Of a stretch of 64,000 nt of DNA, positions 48,611 through 59,876 are shown piece by piece (position 1 is the first letter of the stretch; the number at the start of each line of letters is the position of its first letter). The position numbers and the translations under genes were made by a program. The notes below the pieces were generated by a model. It was given only the letters and a program-made list of their open reading frames with translations, did no database searches and was not told the origin of the DNA. The stretch is from the NCBI RefSeq assembly GCF_009914755.1, contig NC_060935.1; one strand, written 5' to 3'. The stretch is from the human T2T-CHM13v2.0 reference genome, Homo sapiens.

Positions 48611-50630
48611 TCCTCAGAGATACTGGCAAAGGAGAAACCTGTGTTCATTGCAAAAGCTGTTGCATAAATATTTGTCAAGTAAAGGAGTGAAGGAAGCAAC
48701 GAATTTCTGCTCTGTTCTAGGGAAACTTCAGAGAGTACACAAATCTAAAACTATTTCCTGCTGGCCTTAGTGAAACAAAAACATCCTGTTTAATTGAATC
48801 TTATCAATGTTAGAAAATTAGGTTGAATTGAGAACAGCCAATATCATAAATGTCTAAAATATTAAAAATTAGGCTATTTATTAAGCTTGTAGTACCTTTT
48901 TACAAAATGAATGTGGGAAGAAATGAACAACTTTGAGAGGGAAGATTAGAATCTGTGTTCTACAGAAGAAGAAGATCAAATAAATGCTCCTTCTCAGAGT
49001 AATGCATATTTGAAGGGGCTTCCATCAAGTCCTTTCTGCCTATGTTCCTCTGCACCCCTCAGATATTGGGATCAGTATTGGGATAATGGAGGGAAAGGAA
49101 GTCCAGCAATGAGAGAATTATATTTTTCAAGTGGGCCCTCCAGCTAAGTCTCCTGTGGCAGAGAGGAATTGTAGACACCTTGAGGACTCCTGCAAAGGGA
49201 AAGTCAAGTGAAATTTCCTGGAAGTCTCATGTTTTATCTTAAAAGTTTATGCAAATTTTGGATTCTGCTTTATGATATTTACATACTGCTTTTAATAAGT
49301 TAATGTTTAAAGTTAATTACCATTGAGAGAAAAGCAAAAATAGTTCCCACTGGTCTTAGTGAGACAGAAAGATGCTGTTTGATAGAATCTTATCAATTTC
49401 AGAAAATTGGGTTGAATTGAGGAGAGCCAATACCATAAATCAGTTTCATAGTTCAGGCATTTCCTTCAGTCTTAGTTTCTTGGTATTTCAGATACCCAGA
49501 TCCACATAAATACAAACTTCATCATCATTTAGAAGAGAAGCTTAAAATATTGCCATGAGGGCATCACACTCCCTGTTAAAGGAATAAGTCATTACTCAGA
49601 GTCTCTTGTCCAGCGATCTCTCTTTATGTGTCTCTCTCTCACTCTGTGTGTTAGGGAAACATGTTCAAAGGTCTCTCCATATCAGAAGAGTACTGATGGT
49701 CATATGTGTCATTTTACCGCTAATGCTTTTATTTGTTTTGTATGTGGATGAATGAAATGTCCCAAATAATTCATAGTGCTCATGATCAGCACTCTTCATC
49801 CAACTCTCAAACTTCATTTTTATTGCAGTTGTCTTGTGTTGTGTGGCAGAAACACTCAGCTTGGTTTTTCTTTTTTTACCTTTTCAGATGTTGCTTGAGT
49901 TTAAGCTGTTAAGGTACCCTGACTTTGTGAACCACTATATCATTAGGGTGAAGAGTGGATTTTTTTCAGCTTGTTCAGATTTATCTTATGATTATGGGAT
50001 TTCCCCCCTATGTGGAAAAATATGTATTAAACCCTTCATTCAAATATTTGGATTAGTGCTTTCTGCTAAGCCAACATAAAAGTCACTTACTTGTGCATTA
50101 CAGATTTGCTATAGAAGAGAAGTGTTCCATTTACAACACACACATATTGAAAGTAATTTTAACTGTCTGTTTGATCATGCTGAACCAATTGGGCATCAGA
50201 CTCTTTGAGATCTTTGCAATGATCGGGGAAGGGGCAGTGGTTTTGGCACGGGCTCTTGCTTCTGCAGTTTCTCTGTTCGTAAATTTGTCCACTTTTACAC
50301 ATGTATTTATATGTGTCAGTATCAGTCTTGCTAAAAACTCCTAATTGTATATAAGATTTCTTCACCAGGTGGTTTCACTTACGAATTTTAAGGACGGTTG
50401 TCTTCAGAACACATCTTCGTTGTGAATACGTCAGGGAGAGGAGAAGATGACAAATCATTGTTGCGCATGCTTTCTTCCAACCGTGGAAAAACAATTAGAT
50501 GCGTTTTAATATAGAAGCAGCTATTTGAAAACTATTTTTCTCTTTCTAAAATGTTTTTGTTTATGTTCTTATTTTTCTTCTGCTGTGTGTACTTACACAC
50601 ACATATATACACTTAAAAATGTTTTCTTGT

Positions 50631-50919
50631 GGCCGGGCGCGGTGGCTCACGCCTGTAATCGCAGCACTTTGGGAGGCCAAGGAGGGTGGATCACAAGGTC
50701 AGGAGTTCAAGACCAGCCTGGCCAAGATGGTGAAACCCTGTTTCTACTAAAAATACAAAAATCAGCTGGGCATGGTGGCACGTGCCTGTAATCCCAGCTA
50801 CTCGGGAGGCTGAGGCAGAGAATTGCTTGAACCCGGGAGGCGGAGGTTGCAGTGAGCCGAGATCGTGCCACTGCATTCCAGACTGGGTGACAGAGCAAGA
50901 TTTCATCTCAAAAAAAAAA
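50631..50919 (+). mobile_element. AluS (Sg-like)
   Basis: ggccgggcgcggtggctcacgcctgtaatc...; A-tail followed directly by a T-run. Confidence 0.96.
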
Positions 50920-50939
50920 TTTTTTTTTTTTGCCAGGAT

Positions 50940-52190
50940 GAGGATCATACAAGAATTTTCACTCACAATTTTGAAGTTGTCATTTCCTTGTTCTCAGGCT
51001 TCCAACGTTGATGTCAGGAAGTCACGTGGCTTTCTGATTCTTGCTCTTTGGAGTGTACCCTATTTTCCACTCAGGGTGATATTTCAGTATCTTTTTTCTA
51101 TCCTTACTATTCTGAAATTTCACAGTTCTGTGGCTTGCTGTGGTCTCTTTGCCTTTATTTTGTTAGACACTCAATGGGATTTTTGCAGTCTGAAACCCCA
51201 AACCCTCAATTCTGTGAAATGTTCTTGTACTGATTCTTTGATTTTTTTTTTTCTGTCTCTGCCTCTTCTCTAATTTTTAAAAATTTATTCTTGTCCTTCA
51301 GATTTGGGGCCTTCTGGATTGAGCTTCTGATTTTCTTATTTATTGTTTATCTTTTGGCCCTTCTGTTCTTAATTTGAAGGGATGTCTTTCAACTCCAGTA
51401 TTGATTTACTTTAATTTTTGCTATCATATTTTTTAGTTTCCAAGAGCTCTTTCTTGATGTTCTGTCCTCCCCCAAGCTCTTGTTTTATAGATGTAGTATA
51501 TTCCTTTTTTTCTAGTGGTTCTAGTTGATGTTTCTTTTTCACTTTTTTCTTCTCCCTAGATAGTCTTCATTCTCCGATATCCTTTCTTCTCTTAGTAGAA
51601 GAAAACTACTGGTCAGTTAGCCTAATTAGTAGTTTGGCTTCTCTTTCATGTGAGAGGCTTTCCCCAAATTTCTGGTGATCATTGGCTATCCATTCATAAT
51701 CATAGAACATACCAAAAAGCCACAGAGACCCTATGTGGATGGCTGAGACTTACTGAATGATGAGCTTCGTTATAGGGTTATGGGTGACCAGCTAGACTTC
51801 TCACATCCATAGGTCTTTTTTGGGCGGTGGTTTGGTTCCTCCTGGAAAAGATCTTCCAGTCTTCTGCCTGGGAAATGGAAGCTTTGCTCTGGTGTTCTGG
51901 GACTGAGTACAAGGAAGGAGATTAGTGGGGAGAGGTCTCATCATTCAGCTTGCAGACATTCACTTGATCTCCCTGTATGCATCTCCATTTCTGTTCATAC
52001 CTTTTTCTGGGCCTGGTGTCTCCCATTCAGTTTCTGTTGACACTAGCTGTGTATCTTCTGTTCAGGAGGAGTAGTTTAACTGTAGTATTGAGATGGAGAC
52101 CTGGCAACCTATCTGCTCATTTTACAGACTTTCAGACAATGCATCTATTTTCAGCTTCTGTCTCCAGCCTGATTTTCTAGTTTTTGAGAC
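50940..52190 (-). mobile_element. Very old L1ME-like remnants
   Basis: T-rich reverse-strand L1M-like sequence (ttgatgtcaggaagtc...; ttttagtttccaagagctctttcttg). Confidence 0.5.
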
Positions 52191-53611
52191 TTTTAAGTGT
52201 ATTTACTCTGCATTTTGAAAATAGAAGTTAAGAATGTCTTTCAAGCACATTAAAACATATCCTTTAAGAGTGTCATTCAACAATGATGGCTTATTTCAAT
52301 TTGGTTATTCTGATTTTTTTTCCCCTTGAAACTGTTTTCACTACGTCTCCAGTGTAGAACTTCAACCAATTTTCTCTAAACATATGAACTTTTCTTCTAA
52401 AGAGATTCTGTAAGCAGTCTCAAAGGCAGCTTTGAGCACTCTTCTTATTTGCTTGGTGGAGTTTTGTATCATATTGCTCCTGGCTAATACATGTCCTTTT
52501 TTGGTTTCAAAAAATTCTGGCAGTTTCTCTTTTGATTTTGCATGATTGGTTTTATAAAATGTCATTCTAAAATGAATGGCTGTGTGTACTTCTTGGACAT
52601 ATTTTCACGCACAAGAGTCATCCATGTGATCCTTATTGGCATCTGCACATAATTAAACTCATATTTTAAAGACAGCCTTTGCCTTTTTGATTGACTGCTG
52701 CTATTCACTAGGGATTCATTCATTGTGGTAAGGGGAATCCTACACTATCAACTCATTCTGGGGACTCTCAGGGACAATGAATTCCATGTCTCAGTCCTCA
52801 ATACTTTCAGGTTGTTTTTAATTTTAATCACTGTCTTGGACATTTGCATGGTTCAGAAACCTCTATTTCTCATTTCCTGCTTGAAACCTACAATTGGTAT
52901 TCACAGTTGTAAATATAATTTTAAACTGTTGCACTTTAAACAAGTAAATAAATAATATCACACAAGTGCAGGCATCATGAGGTTTGCTACTTTTGTGCCG
53001 TGGTGAATTGGATTTGAGAGTAGTTGTATGTTGGTAAAGAGAACTTTTGATCAGTGTCAATTATGGCAGAAAGTTGAACCAGTAGGTTTTTGTATAGTCA
53101 AAATTGAAACACACAAAATCAGACAAAATGCTTCCTAAGGTGATAAGACAAACATAATTTTCAAAATAATAGCCCTGAGGGGATCCTGGGAGTTCCGAGC
53201 TGTCACAGATTCCAGCCGTGGGACAGGTGGTGGAACAGCACTGGCTGTGGCAATTTCTTGCATAATATAATCTTATTGAAGTAGTGCACCATTTCCACTT
53301 TAAGACCATAGCTGTGATATTTAAAGGATGATACATTTTTCAGTCTCTTCTGGCTTTCATGAAGAAACAAAAAGACCCAAAACAAATTAGCCACTATGAA
53401 AGAAGGCATTCTGCTAATCTTGGTGAGCATGACACACATTTTTAAGAGTACAGAAATTCGAAACCTGCTCCCCTTCCTTCTCCCTTCAGTCACAGATAGG
53501 AAGTGTTGCATTAATCGGGGCAACTTTCCAAATAATTACACTTCAGGTTAGGACCTATTGTCTACTTCCACATGAAGGGAGCAGGGGAATGTAAGATCTG
53601 TCTGTATCCTC

Positions 53612-53776
53612 TCTTTCTTTTTTGTTTGAGACAGGGTTTCACTCTGTTACCCAGGCTGGAGTGCAGTGGGTGTGTGCTCATGGCTCATTGTAGCCTCAAC
53701 CTTCTGGGCTCAAGAGATCTTCCTGCCTCAGCCTCCCAAAGTGCTGGGATTACAGGTCTAAGCCACCATGTCTGGT
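53612..53776 (-). mobile_element. Truncated old Alu (FRAM/AluJ)
   Basis: gagacagggtttcactctgttacccaggctggagtgcagtgg...cctcccaaagtgctgggattacagg. Confidence 0.9.
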
Positions 53777-53958
53777 CTGTCTATATTCTCAAATTGTTAT
53801 CAAATAGTCTAAAAGCATCATGTGATAACTAGGAATAGATCTGCCCAAACAAAACAATGCAAATAAAACCACAGAATTTAAACCCCTAAGAGCCCTTTCT
53901 GCTTATCAATTAGCAGATGAAATCCAAGCTAAGGGACGTGCACAAGGTCCCAAAACTG

Positions 53959-54533
53959 CCATATTTTACTGATTCTAAGATGCCTACATTTCCATTTGAA
54001 CAATTTTGAAAACGAGATGGCTTCTTTTAGCTGATGGCATCTTACAGTTACTCAGAGCCACACAGTGGTTGTGATATAGTTGTGATTGCCTGTGCATGCA
54101 TGAATATCCCAAGTACCAGCAGTGCAATTTGCAAAATGGAAGAAATCTCAGAGACAACAGTGAAACACTCTTACCAGATGCTGCATTGCCAGTGTTCTTC
54201 AAGGCTTAGAGATGGTATGACATGGAAAAGCATGGGCTTGAATGGTTTGGAGTCAAAATATAATTCAAAGTTGGATTCTGAATGTGAAGAAGGGTTAGAG
54301 ATACTGAATGAACTCATTGTTCTGATATTTTCTTTTGTACCTAAGCTTAAAAGTGATATATGGTAAAAATATGTGTCTGTGTATAAAATAACTTCCATAA
54401 TAGGTGGAAAATAAAAAAATTTGAAGTAATAAGGCACCGTGTCAATTTAATTGACAGCTTTTATTTCTTTCTTAGTCCATAAAATAATGGTGCATCTTAC
54501 AACACATGGAGACTTAGAGTTCATTAATTATGG
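53959..54533. mobile_element. TcMar-Tc2 DNA transposon fossil (Kanga1/MER104-like)
   Basis: Imperfect TIRs ccatattttactgattctaag ... cttagagttcattaattatgg followed by TA; internal taaaataatggtgcatcttacaa. Confidence 0.6.
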
Positions 54534-55728
54534 TAACTAAGAGTTGCTGAAAGTCCCTCTTCTTCATAGTCTTATTCCAGTATGGCCTCATCTCATGGAT
54601 TATGAATATAAGTTATGACACTTTTTGATAGAGGATCAGAGAATTTAGCCTCAAAGTTGGACTGTTTACATTATGATACTCCAATACTGGCTTTCAGAAT
54701 AATCACAGATAGGGGGGCAGGGGTCACATGGCCATTTCTATGGCTTTCTTCCTTGCAAGCTGAGGAGATCTCTCCAGAGCACACCTCAAGAAAAGCAAAG
54801 TGGTAATACATGGCTATAATGAATGTAGCCAAGACAGTTTCAGAGCAGGATTAACAATGACTCATTTCAGCCGTGGAAATATTTTAGTGGTCCACATGTC
54901 TAATTTTATTTCCTGCAAAACTCTCCCCATATATTAGTTGCAAATTATCCCCCTAAATGAATTGTTGGTTTTAAGCCAGTTAATATTGGAGGACTGCTTC
55001 TCAAAATTATGGTTTTGATTTCAAACTGAAGCCATTCTTCTTGATACTAAATAGTTCCATCGAGTCACCAATTGTCTGTCAAACTAGTGAAACTAAAATC
55101 ATATCATCTGGAGGTTACTCATCTCTCGATTTCTGTAGTGATTTTAAATCAGTAAGTTAAAAGTCAGAAAGAAAGGGAACCAAACATCTCTTTGTTTTAC
55201 ACACTGAAATGTTTTCTGATCCCCTGGAGATCATTCTTACTGCTCTTCCTTAAACTCTGGCATTTGGTGATAGACACAACATCAGCAGTATCTGGGCTCA
55301 GTATGGCCCACTGAGCCTGAATAGAGCTGAGTCAAGTGCACAGAATGGAAGACCAAGGAAAGGTCAACACAAGCTGCAAACTGTCCTGTGTTTTTCTGAC
55401 CGATCTCCCATGGGGGCCTCAGGGGTGTCACAGCGGGAGAGTGCAATAACCTGGTCTAAGTATTTTGCTATTCATGGAGAATGTTAGTTAGCCTGAGAAA
55501 CTGAGCCTTGAACTCAGTTTCTGACGGAAACTCATAGACATTATGTTTGGCACACAGTCATCTCAATTCGTTTTTTTCTTTTTCAAATAGGACAGACTCA
55601 TGTAGGACCACGTCGGTAGAATTATCAAAAAATTGGCAAACAATTTACCTGCTTAGTCAGACTAGACCTTGAAATCTGTGGTGGCAGGAAGTCTCCATTG
55701 GGCTGATTTAATTGGAAGGGTTTTTTCG

Positions 55729-55730
<2 letters not shown>

Positions 55731-55762
<32 letters not shown>

Positions 55763-55958
55763 TGAGATGGTCTCACTCTGTCACCTAGGCTGGAGTGTGA
55801 TGGTGTGATCATGGCTCACTGCAGCCTCAACGTCCTGGCCTCAGGTGATCCTCCCACCTCAGTCACCCGAGTAGCTGGGACTACAGGTGCCCACCACGCC
55901 TGGGGAATTTTTTGTATTTTTTGTAGAGCTGGGTTCTCACCCTGTTGCCCAGGTTGGT
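55731..55958 (-). mobile_element. AluJ, partial, with a long poly(T)
   Basis: T30 then gagatggtctcactctgtcacctaggctggag...gtgatcctcccacctcag. Confidence 0.92.
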
Positions 55959-57387
55959 AATTGGAAGGTTTTAAACAGTCTCTGTATGTGAGAGTGAGCA
56001 CATCTAGCCATCCAGTGAGGATAGGAGTCTCCATGCAACCGAATGTGATTTAATGTTGTTCCTCTCTAGGACTCATCTCTAAACTCCACTCACAGGTCAG
56101 AAAACTTTTCCAAGACCATGTCTCCACATTTTGAGTTTGAAAAAATGAGATCAGGGTCTTACAGATGTTTTGGGATTGTAGAAGATAAAGGGAGTAATAT
56201 GGGTTTGGAAGACCCTGTTATTCATGACAATGCAGAAGGGACTAGAGCAATGCTTATGTTTTTGTGTCTGTGAAAAGGGGGCCTACTGGAAGGGAATAAA
56301 GTCAACAGATGCATAAGAGACCAAGATCTTCAGGCACATGGAAGCTTGTATTTATCCACTGTCTACAATTCCCAGTGTAAGCAGAGACCAGTGTACAGGC
56401 TAAGAAGTACTGAAACTTTCTTTGACTTAGGAAATTGAGCTGCATCTTGAAAAAAAAAAAAGAACAGTTAATTCAGTTTAAAAAGGAAAAGCAAAACCAC
56501 CTAATGAACCAATTTCATATTTTCTGAAAGTAGGAAACTGCAGTAAAACTAGGATGTCAGGCATTCTCACATTCGATCCTGAACTAAATTAGCTTTCTAG
56601 TTGATTCATGTCTTTGGCTATGATATGCTAATTGCAGACCCTTTTTATATATTTATTAAAGTAGGATCTCACCTTTAGCAATTCATTATGATTTGGTTTT
56701 AAAAAATAACTCTATACTTGAAAGAATTAAAATGTATTTCCTCAGAAATATTCTATAAATCAGACTTCTCTATTTTAGTCAGATGGGCTTTTAATAATAT
56801 GAATGTGAATTAGTGAGGCTTGATTTTAATTGCTTCATTTTCCTTATTCTGATGAATAACAGGATCCTATAGCTTTTCAATACAATAGCTGATAATAAAA
56901 CCACCTCACCTGTTATTTATGAGTCATATTCTATTCTCCAGAGTGCCTTCAGCTAATGAGCAAACATCAGCTGTATCCCTGAAAGAATAATTGTTCTTAT
57001 AGAAATAATTACTGATTGATAATTACTGACTTTTTTGAGATTGAAAGACCTGCTCTCTATTTTTCTTTTATGCTATACTCAACAGGAAAAGTCAGTTGGC
57101 GAGAGTACCAAGTATTTAATTACTCAAAATATTAATTTAATTAATTTCAAGTAATACATATTGAGTGTATAGTACTGCCTGTCAGGGGGACTTTGGTAAG
57201 ATATGACCCACACACATGAAAAGTTACATGACAATAAAGTCAGGTTATCATTATGTGTCAAATGAACACTTAAGACAGTAGCTATTGTAGAATTCAAGAA
57301 GCGGAGGAGTCATAAGATCAGGAGTCACTGAAGGATTCATCATTGGGGGAGGCCTTTTTGAGGGCCTTTACTTGGGGTAGGATTTTT

Positions 57388-58039
57388 TTTTTAACTATAC
57401 TTTAAGTTTTAGGGTACATGTGCACATTGTGCAGGTTAGTTACATATGTATACATGTGCCATGCTGGTGCGCTGCACCCACTAACTCGTCATCTAGCATT
57501 AGGTATATCTCCCAGTGCTATCCCTCCCCCCTCCCCCCACCCCACCACAGTCCCCAGAGTGTGATATTCCCCTTCCTGTGTCCATGTGATCTCATTGTTC
57601 AATTCCCACCAATGAGTGAGAATATGCGGTGTTTGGTTTTTTGTTCTTGCGATAGTTTACTGAGAATGATGATTTCCAATTTCATCCATGTCCCTACAAA
57701 GGACATGAACTCATCATTTTTTATGGCTGCATAGTATTCCATGGTGTATATGTGCCACATTTTCTTAATCCAGTCTATCATTGTTGGACATTTGGGTTGG
57801 TTCCAAGTCTTCACTATTGTGAATAATGCCGCAATAAACATACGTGTGCATGTGTCTTTATAGCAGCATGATTTATAGTCCTTTGGGTATATACCCAGTA
57901 ATGGGGTGGCTGGGTCAAATGGTATTTCTAGTTCTAGATCCCTGAGGAATCGCCACACTGACTTCCACAATGGTTGAACTAGTTTACAGTCCCACCAACA
58001 GTGTAAAAGCGTTCCTATTTCTCCACATCCTCTCCAGCA
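57388..58039 (-). mobile_element. Young 5'-truncated L1 (L1PA2-like; not the Ta subset)
   Basis: Near-consensus L1 3'UTR and ORF2 C-terminus (CWRGCGEIGTLLHCWWDCKLVQPLWK...HRIFSLIGGN); GAG rather than ACA and A rather than G at the Ta-diagnostic sites; perfect TSD ttggggtaggattttt at 57372-57387 and 58040-58055. Confidence 0.96.
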
Positions 58040-58330
58040 TTGGGGTAGGATTTTTAAGCAGGTGAGGAGAAGGGTAGAAAAATAGAGAGATGGTAGCAGT
58101 GGTACCTTGTGTAGCATAAGCAACCATAAAAGGAAATGACTGTGTTTGGAGGGGATCGTTAAGCAGTCTGCTTTGCTCTGCCAAACAAGGGGCTTATGCT
58201 CATCAACACTGTCAATGTCTTGAAGGACAAGGAAAGGCTGAAGAATTGATTCAGATGGAAGGAGACTAAGGCAGCATGACAACTAAATGCAAAGTGTGAT
58301 TCTGGATTGGAGACTGGTTTGGAAAAAAAA

Positions 58331-58747
58331 ATTTCTTTTCTTTCCTTCTTTCCTTCTCTCCTTCTCTCCTCTCCTTCTCTCCTTTCCTTCCTTCCTTCCT
58401 TCCTTCCTTCCTTCCTTCCTTCCTTCCTTCCTTCCTTCCTTCCTTTCTTTCCTCTTTCTTTTTTTTGGTGTGTGACAGATTCTCCGTCTCCCAGGCTGGA
58501 GTGCAGTGGCGCGATCTTGGCTCACTGCAACCTCCATCTCCTGGGTTCAAGTGGCTCTCATGCCTCAGCCTCCTGAGGAGCTGGGACTATAAGCGCGCAC
58601 CTTCATGCCTGGCTAATTTTTGTATTTTTAGTAGAGATGGGTTTTTGCCATATTGGCCAGGCTGGTCTTGAACTCCTGGCCTCAAGTGATCTGCCTGCCT
58701 TGGCCTCCCAAAGTTTGGGATTATAGGCTTTTCCACTGTGCCCGGCT
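58331..58747 (-). mobile_element. AluS/J with its tail expanded into (TTCC)n
   Basis: Reverse-strand Alu body ~58468-58747; (TTCC)n ~58340-58455; flanking ggaaaaa repeats. Confidence 0.93.
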
Positions 58748-58867
58748 GGGAAAAACATGTCTATTTAAGACATTATTGGGAAAAATTTCTGAAATTTGAA
58801 TATAGGTTGTACACTAGATGCCAGTATATCAGTGTTAAATTTCCTGAACTTCATAAAGGTATTGTGA

Positions 58868-59300
58868 TTGTGTATCCCTAGGTGTTCTGTAGTAATGCAC
58901 CACAAACCAGGGACCTTCAAAAAACAGAAATACATTCTCTTATAGCATCTGGGGCCAGCAGTCTGAAATGAAGGTGTTGGTGGGACCATGCTTCCCTTGA
59001 CAGCTCTAGGGAAGTATTTCTTCGCCTCTTCCCCACTTCCAGTAGTTGTTGGCAATCCTTGGCATTCCTTGGCTGGCAACTGCCTCACTCCAGTCTTTGC
59101 CTGTGTTGTTTCCTGGTGTTCTTCTTGTGTGCCTGTGTCTTCACATGGCCTTATAAGGACGCCAGTCATTGAGTTTAGTCCCCAAGCACATGTGACAGCA
59201 TCTTAACTAATTACATCTGCAACGATCCTATTTCCAAATAAGGTAACATTCTGAGGTTCCAGGTGAACATGAATTTTTGGGAGAACATTATTCAACCCCA
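58868..59300 (-). mobile_element. MLT1 MaLR LTR nested in an old L1 3' remnant
   Basis: caccacaaacc...aacagaaatacattctc...ttacatctgcaacgatcctatttccaaataaggtaacattctgagg; L1M 3' sequence on both sides. Confidence 0.8.
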
Positions 59301-59575
59301 TCCAGATTATATATGAGACTCTCCTAGTTTTTAGGAGATAGATGCTGAAGTATTTAGGGGAAAAGGATAATGATGTCTACAACATACTTTCAAATGGTTC
59401 CTCAATAATAATAAAATTATGGTCATATTTATGGAGAGGGAGACAAAATACAATATGGAATAATGTTAACAATTGATGAATTTCAGTGAAGTGTATGTGG
59501 GTTGTATAATTTTTGGAAATTATCTAGAGGTTTGAAATTTTTCATAATAAAAACATTTTTTAAGAAGCAAAAGAA

Positions 59576-59876
59576 GGCGGGGTGCAGAGGCTCACACCTG
59601 TAATACCAGCACTTTGGGAGGCTGAGGCGGGTGGATCACCTGAGGTTAGGAGTTCAAGACCAGCCTGGCCAACATGGTGAGACCCCATATCTACGAAAAT
59701 ATCAAAATTATCCAGGCATGATGGCGCGTGCCTATAATCCCAGCTACCCGGGAGGCTGAGCTGGGAGAATCCCTTGAACCCAGGAGGCGGAGGGTTGCAG
59801 TGAGCTGAGATTGTGCCATTGCACTCCTGCCTGGGCGACACAGCAAGACTCTGTCTCAAAAAAAAAAAAAAAAAAA
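59576..59876 (+). mobile_element. AluSx-like
   Basis: Full Alu with poly(A); TSD aagaagc(a/g)aaagaa. Confidence 0.96.

Noticed and set aside
50910-50931. A-run directly followed by a T-run as a functional hairpin or terminator
   Set aside because: Explained by the Alu poly(A) tail abutting a T-rich, degenerate target site
57599-58282. 227-aa minus-strand ORF as a novel chimeric gene
   Set aside because: It is the L1 ORF2 C-terminus joined by chance to flanking sequence across the 5' truncation point; no promoter or expression evidence
58266-58576. KEGR-repeat and PSFL-repeat ORFs
   Set aside because: Translations of the (TTCC)n microsatellite and the Alu
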